Below, one piece after another: positions 50,423 to 60,383 of a stretch of 64,000 bases of DNA. The stretch covers positions 1,426,001 to 1,490,000 of the forward strand of contig JABVCE010000003.1 in assembly GCA_014905635.1 (NCBI GenBank). The letters are read 5' to 3'. The position numbers were made by a program, and so were the translations under genes. The stretch is from Scenedesmus sp. PABB004. Taxonomy: Eukaryota. The notes below the pieces were generated by a model. That model was given only the letters and a program-made list of their open reading frames with translations. It was not told the DNA's origin and ran no database searches. Each line of letters begins with the position of its first letter. Positions within the stretch are counted from its first letter, which is position 1.

Positions 50423-50733
50423 CTCTCACGCTGTAGCTGCGCGTGCGGGCCGCCGCGGGAGGCTGTGCCGACGCGCGGTGGGATTCTGGGCAGCTTGAGG
50501 GTCAGGGTGGGCACCTCCTCGGACTCGCGGCACCACGGCTGACGCGCTGGCGGGCTCGCAATGTGTGCGAGGGCCACGGGGCAGCGCTGCTGGGCGGCGC
50601 GCGCTGGGGAGGCGCAGGGGGCAGCTCGAGCGCGGGAAGTATGCAAGGCGGGGAGCTGGCTCGCAGCTGGGGGCCGCGGCGGCGTAGTAGGAGCCAGGCC
50701 CAGGGTTGCGTGGCCAGGGCCCAGGCTGACGCC

Positions 50734-52279
50734 TCACAGCCGCGCGCGCGCACTGCCGCCACCGCCGCCGCCCCCGCCGCCGCCGGTGCCGCCCGGCTGC
50801 CTGAAGAAGGCCGCGACGGCGCGCGCGACGAGCTCCGGCTGCTCCAGCGGCCCAAAGTGCGAGAGCGCGGGCCACTCGCTCAGCTCGGCGCGCGGCAGCG
50901 CGGCCGCGAGCTCTGCGGCAGAGCCCGGCGGCGCGCGGCGGCGGCGTGTGAGCGTGGGCGTGCACGTGCACGTGCGCGCGCCCGGCGGCCCAGCAGCGGC
51001 CAGCGGCCGGCGCCGCACCCGTGCCCAGCACCGCGAGCACCCCGTGCAGCGGGTGCAGCCCCCCGCCGCCGCCGCCGGGGCCGCCGCCCGGCGCCGCGCT
51101 GGGGCGCCCGGGCGTGTGCCGCAGCAGCCAGCACTGCACCGCGGCGGCGCTCGTGAAGTCGCCCGCGCGGCTGGGCGCGCCCGCGACCGCGATGGCCACG
51201 GGGCACGGCACGTCCGCCACGGCGGGCGGCGGGTCAAGGGCGCGGTACCACGCCGCCTCTACCGACGGGTCGCACACCAGCGCGACGGGCGGGCCGGGGT
51301 CGCCGCTCGGGCCGCCGCTCGGGTCGCCGGCGGGCTGCCGGGAGCCCGCTGGGCGCTGCTGCTGCACCTGCTGCACCTGCTGCACCTGCTGCACCTGCTG
51401 CTGCTGCACCTGCTGCTGCTGCACCTGCTGCTGCTGCTGCTGCTGCTGCACCTGCCTCTGCTGCTGCTCCCCCTGCAGCTGCTGCTGGCCCTGCTGCTGC
51501 TGGTGCTGCACCTGCTGCCCCTGCCCCTGCAGCCGCTGCTGCCCCTGCTGCTGCCCGTGCTGCTCGGCCGCCGCCGCCGCCGGCGCCTCCTCGCGCAGGC
51601 CGTGCCGCACAAACGCGGCCGTCGCGGCGGGGTGCATGCCCGCGAACGGCGGCTTGGCGACGAGGTGCGCGAGCGCGGCGCCGCGGCTCGCAAAGGACCG
51701 GCGCCGCCGCGTCGCCATGCCCGCGAGCGCGGCGCCCGCGGTCGCGATGTCGCCGCGGCGCCGCGCGGCGGCCATGAAGCCGTGCGTCGGCGGCGTCGCG
51801 GCGACGGGCTCAAACGCAAAGACGCCGCGGAACAGCCCCGGCCGGCCCGCCGCCGCGGCCGCCGCGACGAGCGCGAGCGTGCCGCCGCCGGAGTGGCCGA
51901 AGACGGCGCATCCGCGCAGGCCGCGCTCCTCGACGGCGCGCGCCAGCCCGGCCGCCAGGGCGCTGACCTCGATCGCCGGTGTGCCGGCGGCCGCCGCGCC
52001 GTGGCCGGGCAGGTCCAGGCCCCACACACTGCATGCAGCGGGGCGCGCCGGCGCGGGCGCGGGCGGGTGGGCGGCGCCGCAGCGCCTGCTGCCGCCCGCG
52101 GCGCCAGCGCCACCCGCTCACCGGAAGCCCAGGTCCGCCAGCGCGTCGGCCAGCGGCTGGTACGCCGCCGCGCAGAGGCCCGTGGCGTGCAGCAGCAGCA
52201 GCGGCGCGCCGCCGGCGTCGCCGGCGAGCAGCAGCAGCGGCGCGCCGCCGGCGTCGTCGCTGGCGAGCGGCTGCGCCAT
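50734..52279 (-). CDS. Alpha/beta-fold hydrolase with a polyQ insertion and C-terminal ARL
   Basis: 'LLLLHATGL', 'VWGLDLPGHG', nucleophile elbow 'GHSGGG', 'FAFEP' and catalytic His in 'SHFGPLEQP'. Two introns. Confidence 0.88.
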
Positions 52280-52480
52280 CCGGGCGCTGGGCGGGGGCGC
52301 GTGCAGCTCACGGTCGCGTGAGGGTGTGGGCAGGAGCGCCCGGCGCGCAGCCGCAGGTGCGAGCGGCGGCGCTTCAGGGCTTGCGGCGCGCGCCGGCCGG
52401 CGCCACCCGGCTCCTGCGACGTGCGACGCCCGAACCTGACCTCACGCGCATGCGCGCCGCTGCCGCCGCGACAGCGCTCG

Positions 52481-53903
52481 ATGCCGGCGGCAGCGCATGG
52501 GGGCAACGCGCCGAGCGCAGAGGCGCAGGCCCGGCGGTGCGCCGAGACGGAGCAGCGGCAGCAGCAGCTGCAGGAGCAGCTGCAGGCGGTGGTGGTGCAG
52601 CTGCTGCAGCTATGGCGCAGGGCGGCGCAGCGCACGGCCGCGCGTTGACCGCCGCGACGCGCCGTTGACCTCCCGCAGGCCGTTCGGCGGCAGCGCGGCT
52701 CGCTTTGCCCCGACGAGCGCGGCATCAGCGACCCCCGGGCCGGGCAGCTGCGCCGCCGCCACGACCTGGGCGACCAACCCCGCGTCGCAGGGTCGGCGCG
52801 GCTTCGGCACGCTCGCGAGCGCTGCACCGCGCCTGGCCGACCGGCTGCGATACACCGGGCCGGGTCCCGGTGAGCAGGATGCGCTGCGCCGCCGCCGCAC
52901 TCGCAGGAGCTGCGGCCGTCGCTGATTGCCGCGACGGCCGCCGCCGCTGCCGCTGCCGCCCGCAGCCAGCTACGACCCGCACGACCCGCGCGCCGCACAC
53001 GCGCGCAGCGCGGCACCCTGCTCCGCCTCCTTTCACGCGCCGCAGCAGCCCCCGCGGCAGCTCGACGAGCAGGGCACGCCACCGCCGGGTGCCTACGGCG
53101 CGCCGGGCTTGACCTCGGCCGGCACGCCCATCGACTGGGCCAGCAGCCGCAAGCCGGGCGCGGCCGCCGCGTTCAGGGCAACCGCACGGTCACCCTGCGG
53201 CAGCGCGGCAGCGGCGCGGACAGCGGGCGGGCAGGCAGCGCAGGCGACGGAGCCGTTCGGCCGCGGCCGAGAGCCGCCGCCGCCGCTGCAGCCTGAGACC
53301 GCCCCACGCCAGGGTGGCGCGCGCTGCCGGCGGCAGCAGCGCGCAGTGGCGCCACCCCTCGCGCTGGCGTCGGCGCAGCTCGTCAGCCGCATCAGCGCTG
53401 CCGTCTTTGGCGGCGGCGCCGGCCCGCGCGGCGCCCAGCTGGGGCGCTGCGGCTGCGAGCAGGCGGCGGAGGTGCCCGGCGTCGGAACCTATGACGTGGC
53501 TGCGGTGGGGGCCATTGCCAGCGGCCCGCACTGGGGAAGCGCGCGCTGGTCGCCCGCGTTTGCTCCCCCGTCCGAGGCGGGCCTGCGCCGGCGTGCAGAG
53601 AGGCAGCCGCCAGCGCCAGCGCCGGCACCCGGCGCGGGCGCGGGCCGCCAGCGCGGCGAGCGAGGGTCGGCGTGCCGGCGCAGCCCCCAGCAGCCGGAGG
53701 CCGGCCCGGGCGTGAGCGCGCCCTTCCGCAGCCGGGCGCCGGGGCACTCCGAGGCGCTGGCCGCCGCCATGGCGGCCCGCGGCGACAGCGGCCTCGCCGG
53801 CGCACCGGGGCCTGCCTTCTACAGCCCGGCCGTGCCGCCGGGGCGCGTGTCGCACCGGCACTGCGCGTCGCCCGGAGCGGCTGCCGTGTTCCTCGCGCGC
53901 TAG
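52481..53903 (+). CDS. SHIPPO / sperm-tail PG-rich repeat-like protein (ODF3/STPG-like)
   Basis: Recurrent 'TPGPGS', 'TGPGP-ASYDP', 'PPPGAYG', 'PGVGTYDV' and 'PGPAFYSP', interleaved with 'PFGGSAARF', 'AFRATAR' and 'PFRSRAP'. Introns 52537-52678 and about 52870-52965. Confidence 0.6.
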
Positions 53904-54468
53904 GCGGGCGCGCGGCGGCGAGCGGCGCGTGTGCGGCGCGTGTGCGGGCGTTGCAGCGCTGCAACGGCGGCTTGGAGCGCCGCCACTGCTCGCGCCGCCG
54001 GGTGCCCGGCCGACCACAAACACAAAACGCAGACTCACGCACGCGTTGCGCTGAGATGTGGCGGCGGCCGCCGCGTGATGAGAGCCCATGTGAACCGGTC
54101 CGCCCGCCCGCCCGCCCGCGCTCTCTCAAGCAAGACCAGGTCACGCCAGCACCACCGGCGCGCGCGGCGCTCCCCCCGGCACCACGTCAGTTCCGTGGGG
54201 TGCGCTCTTCTCAGCACCCCTCGCAGGCGCAAATGCTGGTCGTCCCGGCCGCCGGCGCCGAGCCCTGCCCGCGCCGCGCGGCAGCGGCGCCCGCGGCGCT
54301 CGCGCGCCGCGGCCAGGCCCCCACCGGCGCACATAGCGGCCGCCCGTGGCGTGCGTGCGTCAATAAAATGCGCCGCGCGGCCGCGCCCGCCGCCGCCCCG
54401 CTGGCGGCAGCCCGGCGCGCCGCACGTGCGCGTGCCCGGGCGGGTGCGCGCCCGGCGGCCGGCGCACG

Positions 54469-54850
54469 TCACAAAAAGTACTCGGGCACGGTGCGCGTGA
54501 CCTCGGTGACGCCCTTGGGCGGCGCGTGGTCAAACTGCACGATTTTGTGGTTCATGTTTTCATCCACGTCCACGATGGCTGCCTTGTTGCCGCACCTGCG
54601 GGGGACGCCGGCGCGCGGGGTCGGGGTCGGCGCGTGCGCCGGCGCGCGGCCGGGCGGGCGCGGGAGCCTGGAGGAGGCCCTGCGCGCCCGCGCCCTGCGC
54701 CCCGCGCACCGGTAGCAGTAGTTTGGCGCGCTGAACACGGTGACGACCTGCTGCTCGTGCTGCCAGAGGAAGCCCTCGCTCACGAGCTGGTGCGCGCGGA
54801 TGATGAAGCGCAGGCCGTTGACGTGATTGAAGTGCTCGCTGATGTCCTGC

Positions 54851-54881
<31 letters not shown>

Positions 54882-56231
54882 AGGCGGGGGCACGCAGCCG
54901 ATCGCGCGGCCCGGCGGCGGCGGCGGCGCGCGCCGCGCTGCGGTGCGGCGCGCTGGCGGCGCGGGCGCGGCGCCGCGCCGCGCCTGGCCGTAGGTGTAGC
55001 CCGCGCCGCGCGGGCTGATGCCCCAGCCCATGCGGTCGTCGGGGTCGCTCCAGAGCAGGTCGCACATGGGGCCCTCGTGCGGGACCTCCTCGAAGCGGTG
55101 CAGCTGGTTGATCTGGTCCAGCGTGTCCATCGCCGGCGACAGCCCTGCGCGGCGCCGCGGGCGGCGGCCGGCGCTCGGCCGGGCGCTCAGCACGCATCGG
55201 CGCGCGTGTCACGTGCTGCTTGCTGTGCGCTGCGTGTGCGCCCGCACCTGCGTGGGGGCAGAACAGCTGGTTCTCGATCACCGCCGCCAGCGGCAGGCTG
55301 TCAAAGAGGTCCGTCAGCACCTGCCAGATGCGGCTGCTGCCGTACTTGCGCAGGCACTCCTCGTAGAAGCCGTACACCTGTGCGCCGCGCACACCGGGGA
55401 CAGGGAGGCCGCGCGGCGACGGCGCGCGGGGTGAGGGCGCGGGCGGGCGGGCGCGGCGGCGGGGGGCCAGCCCAGCCCAGCCCAGGCCGGCCCCCGCCCG
55501 CACGGCGCGGCGCTGCGCTGCGCGCGCCTGAGTGATCTGTCGGCTCTCGTGGTTGCCGCGGATGATGACCACGCGCCCCGGCCAGCGCACCTTGAGCGCG
55601 ACAACCATGCACACCGTCTCGACGCTGTAGTACCCGCTGCGGGGCACACACACGCACACACGGCGGCGGCGGACCCTCAGCTCCGCGGCGCGCGGCGGGC
55701 CCTCAGCGCCGCCGCCGCCGGCGCTCGCAGGACGGGCGCAGCTGCTGGCGCTCGCAGGACGGGCGCCGGCGCGGCCGGCGCGCGCAAAGCACGCAAAGCA
55801 CGCAAAGCACGCAACGCGCGCACCGGTCGACGTAGTCGCCCAGGAAGAGGAAGTTTGTGTCTGGCGCGCTGCCGGCGATCTTGAAGATCTCCATGAGGTC
55901 GTGGAACTGGCCGTGCGTGTCGCCGACGACCACGACCGGCGCGCGCACGTGCGTGACGTTGCTCTCCTTGAGCAGCAGCTCCTGCACCACCGGACGGCGC
56001 GCCGCGCGGCACGTGGGCCGCCGCCGCCGCCGCCGGACGAGCTGCTGCTGCGGCCACGGCCCGCCGCCGGCGCGCGCGCCCGGGTGCCGCCCGCTGCCCG
56101 CCGCGCACCTTGCACTTTGCCGCGAGCTCGATCACCTCCTGCTCGCTGAGGAACTTGCACTCGCTGAGCTGCCCGATGCGCGCGTCCGCGACGGCCGTCT
56201 CCTGCGCCGCCAGCACCTTCTCCAGCGACAT
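54469..56231 (-). CDS. PPP-family Ser/Thr phosphatase catalytic subunit, PP2A-type (divergent paralogue)
   Basis: '[10 protein letters not shown]', 'GDYVDRGYYSVET', '[16 protein letters not shown]', '[18 protein letters not shown]', '[11 protein letters not shown]' and C-terminal 'TRTVPEYFL'. Confidence 0.95.
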
Positions 56232-57020
56232 GGCGGCGGCGCGCTGCGCTGCGGCCGCGGCAACCGGCGCGCGGCGGCCCGGGGCGGTTGGCGCTGTTGC
56301 TGGCGGTCAACCCCCGCCGCCGCGGGCCGCCGGCGGCCCTGGCGCGCGCGTGCGCGGGCCGGGGAGCATGGCGGCGATGGATGGCGGCCCTGGGCACCCC
56401 GCGGGCGGCCAGGGGCGGGCCCAGGGCCGGGAGAGGCGCTGCTGCTGCTCGCGCCCGCTGCTCGCGCACCTGCGCCGCGGCGCTGGCGAGGCGGGGGCGC
56501 GTACCGCACTCAGAGCATGCGGGCGCTGCCCCCGGACGGTGCTGCGGCGCGCCTGGGCCGGCCTGCGCGCGGGGGCAACACGGGCGGGCGCGGGCGCCAA
56601 GCACGACCGGCGACGTCAAAAACGACGTGCGCGACGCCTGCAGGTCGGTCTCCAGCGCGCTGGCGACGTGAAACGAACTGCACGCGCTCGCTCGTGCGAA
56701 CTTGCCCCGCCACCTGTCGCGCAAACCCCGGCCCCCCGCCCCGCCCCAGGCCCTCTCCCGGGCGCGGTTCGCCCACAGTCGCACACATCCGGCCCGGCGC
56801 CGCGCCCCGGCCGCACGCCGCGCGCCCACACCGCCGGCGGGCTGCTCTCGCCCGCCCCGGCCCGCGGCGCCCCGAGACATGCGGGCGGGCGGCCCCAGGG
56901 CGTCGCCGTGACGGGCCCTCGCCCCCCACCGGCCGTGCCAGCGGCCCGGGCGGCGCCGCGGCGCGCCGCCTGAGCAGCAGCGTCGGGCGCGGCGGCAGCG
57001 GGCCCCCCGCGCCGCGCGCC

Positions 57021-60001
57021 ATGGACGGCAGCGACCAGCAGGCGCAGGAGGGGCTGGCGCACGGCGGCGCGCCGGGCACCGACCTCGCGGGTGAGGCCCT
57101 CGGTGTGGGGGTCGCGGGGGGCCGCGCGCCGACGCGCAGCGCGCCCGCCCGACGCGCCGCGCGTCCCCCGCCGCGCCGCACCGCCCGTCGCGCCGCGCCG
57201 ACGCGCCGACGCCGCCCTCCTGACGCAGCGCGCTCCACCGCGGCCAAGCCGCGCACGCGGGAGGTCAAGGCGCGCTACCTGCAGCAGGCCAAGCCCACGC
57301 CCGCGCCGCCGCCGCGGCCGGGCGGCGCGGGCCGCCCCGGCGCGTTCGCGAGCGCGGGCTGGGTGGAGCTGCAGCTGCCCAACCACCACGCGTCCACGCC
57401 GCTCATGGTGCCCGCGGGCAGCGCGAGCGCGGTGTTCACGGCGACGGCCGGCAAGCCGCGCCGCGCCGGCGCGGGGCCCACGCCCGCGACCGGCGCGCGG
57501 CCGCCGCCGCACGGCGCGGCGCCCGCGGCGCGGCGGCGCCCGGCGGCGCCCGGCGGCGCCGCCGGCGCGGCGCAGCTCGCCACGCCGGGCTGGCCGGGCG
57601 ACGTCGAGCCGCAGCCCGACACCTGCCGCCGCGGCGGCGGCGGCGACGCCGGCGGCGGCGCCAGCGGCGGGCTCGTCAGCCCGGGCTCGTCGCGCAGCAG
57701 CGCCAGCGGCCGGCAGCGCGACCCCGACCTGCTCGCCCTGCACGCGCGCGCCGCCGCGGCGCAGCGCGGCGGCGGCGAGCTGCAGACGCCGCGCGGGCCG
57801 CGCCTCGCGGCGTCCCTGGGCGCGCCCGGCACGGCCGGCCCGCTGCACCCCGCGCGCCTCGCGGCGTCCCTGGCCACGCCGGGCCTCGCCGGGACGGGCG
57901 GCGGCGGCGCTGCGGGCGCGGCGGAGCGGCGCGCGGCGCTCGAGGCATTCCGGCAGCAGCGCAAGCTCGCCGCGGCCGCGGGGCCCGGCTCGGCGGCGCG
58001 GCCGGGGGCCGGCGGCTTCAAGGAGCCGGCGCCGCGGACGCTGTTCAAGGCCACCGCGGCGTCGATGGCGAGCGGCGCCAAGCCGCCGACCAGCGCGCGC
58101 GGCCGGCCCGTCGCGCCGCCGCCGGCGGCGGCGGCGGCGCAGCCGCAGGCGCCGGTGCAGTTGCCTGCCGGCGCGGCCGCCCCCCCGGAGGGCGCCGCGG
58201 CGGCCGCGGCAGCCGGCTCGCCCTCGGCGTTCCAGGCCACCATGGCGACGCTGCAGTCGGGCGGCAGCGGCAGCAAGCCCGGCCGGCAGTCGGGCGGCGG
58301 GCGCGGGGCCGGCAGGCCGGCGCGGCCGGCGGGCGTGCCGGCGCTGCCGATGGACTGGCTCGCCGCCGCCGCGGCGGCCGGCACGCCCCCGCCGCTGCGG
58401 GCCGGCGCCGCCGCGCCGCCCAGCCGGCTGCCCAAGACGCCGCGCAGCTCGGGCGCGCCGCCGCTCTCCAGCCGGCACGTGGCCAGCGCGGCGCACGTGC
58501 CGCTGCCGGACGGCACGCCACGCGCCTTCCGCGACGCGCCGCCGAGCCGGCTGCCCAAGACGCCGCGCAGCTCGGGCGCCGGCGCGACGCCGTCGGGCGC
58601 CGCGCCGGCGGGCGCCGCCGTGCCGCGGCTGAGCCTGGGCGGCCTGGGCGCGGCGGGCCCCGCCCCGCTGTCCAGCCGGCTGCCGTCGACCAGGACGCCG
58701 CGCGTGAGCAGCGCCGGCAGCGCGCGCGGCACGCCCAAGCAGCAGGCGACGCCGCCCGGCTCGGCGGCCCGCAGCGTCGCGGTCGCGGCGCGGCGCATCC
58801 TGTCCGCGGCGGGCGTGGAGCAGCCGCAGCAGCCGCAGCAGCAGCAGCAGCAGCAGCAGCAGCACGACGCCGCCGGCCGGTCCGCGCGGCCCACGCCGCG
58901 CGGCGCGCCAGTCGGGCCGGGGGCTGCCGCCACGCCGCGCCACCAGGTGGCGGGCGTCGCGGCGCCTGCGCCCGTGGCGGCGGCGCCGGCGCGCAAGGCC
59001 GAGGCGGAGCGCGGGGGCGACGCACGGGCGCAGCTGCGGCTGCTGCGCATGCAGCACCTGCAGCTGCGGCACCTCAGCGCGCGCGTCGAGGCGGCGGTCG
59101 CGGCCAAGCGCCAAAAGGTGCGCGTACGCCCCGCTGCGCCGCCCCCGCCCGCATCCGCTGCACCCTGCTGAGCCGCGCCGCGCCCCCTCGGCCGCCCGCA
59201 GGCGGAGGCGTCCGTCGCCGCCGCGGCCGCGGCCGTCATCCACCTGTCGGGCGAGCTGGTCGCGCTGCGCGGCCACCTGCAGCAGCAGCAGTGGCACAGC
59301 GAGCTCGCGGTGGTGCTGGAGCGCCAGCTGCCCAAGCTGCGGACGTGGGAGGAACTGCAGGCGCGCGGCGCGCGGCGCGCGGCCGCCTGCCGGGCGGCCG
59401 ATGCGCGCGCGCAGCCGCCGCCGCCGCCGCCGCCGCCGCCGCGGCCGCCCACCCGCCGGCCCGCCCGCCCTCGCGCGCGCCGCAGGCGGCGCACAGCGCC
59501 AATGCGTCACAGCTGCAGGCCGCGTGCAGCGCGGCGCTGTCGCACGTGCCGCTGCTCAACGGCGCGTGCGTCGGCCCGCACGCCGACGCGCCCGACCTGG
59601 AGCAGCTGCAGCGCCAGCTCGCGCACGGCATGCAGCTCCTGGGCGAGGTGCAGCCCGCGCTCGCGCAGCTGCTGGGCCCCGACCTCGCGCCCGCCGTGGC
59701 GGCGGCGACGGCCGGCGGCGGCGCGGCCGGCGGCGAGCAGGCCGGGCCGGGGAACCCTGCCGGCGCCAGCCGCGCGCTGCCGGCGGCGGCGCCCGCGCAC
59801 GCGGCGCAGAGCGTCAAGACCACCGCGGCGCTGGCGGCGCGGCTCATGGCCGCCGCGTCGGAGGAGTGCGGGCTGCTCGGCACGCTCGGCGCGCAGCTGG
59901 CGGGGCTGTCCGACCTTCACCTCTATGCAAACAGCATGGCGGTGCAGCTCGCGCAGATGCGCGACGCCGCGGCGGCGGCGGCCGAGGCCGCGGCGGCGTG
60001 A
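57021..60001 (+). CDS. QWRF-motif / augmin subunit 8 (AUG8/HAUS8)-like microtubule-associated protein
   Basis: N-terminal 'KPRTREVKARYL', a long basic Pro/Ser/Ala region, then 'QLRLLRMQHLQLRHLSARVEAAVAAKRQKAEASV' and 'LERQLPKLRTWEELQAAHSANASQLQAACSAALSHVPLLNGA', which parallel the plant QWRF domain. Confidence 0.72.
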
Positions 60002-60383
60002 GCGGGCCGCGCCACCGCGCGGGTCACCGGGAGCGCCGGGCAGCGGGCGGGCGGGGAGCGAGGCTGGTGCTGTTGGTCGGCGGACGCCTTGCTTGCAACG
60101 GACCGCGCGGTGTGTGCCCACGGCCGTCGCCGGCCGAACGTGCTGCAGCCGTTTACCGCAGCCCAGCCGCAGCCCAGCCCACGCAGCGTCACGATGGCGG
60201 TGATACGACAGCGCTGAACACAGGGCGGGCGCGCCAGCCGCTGCCAGGCCCCCAGCAGCCCGACAGGCGCGGCGCCGGCCGCCGCGCGCGCATGGCGGCG
60301 CGCGCGGCGGCGCTCGCCCCGCCCCGGGGCGCGCACGCGCGCGCGCGCGGGGCGCGGCGTGCACGTGCACGCGCGCGCGCCGC

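Noticed and set aside
56616..59510. 964-aa and 739-aa minus-strand ORFs
   Set aside because: Antisense shadows of the AUG8-like exon.
23662..60001. Functional cell-division gene cluster (GCP5, CTF18, PP2A, AUG8-like)
   Set aside because: The genes are interspersed with unrelated ones and no shared motif was seen. Conserved synteny or co-expression data would be needed.
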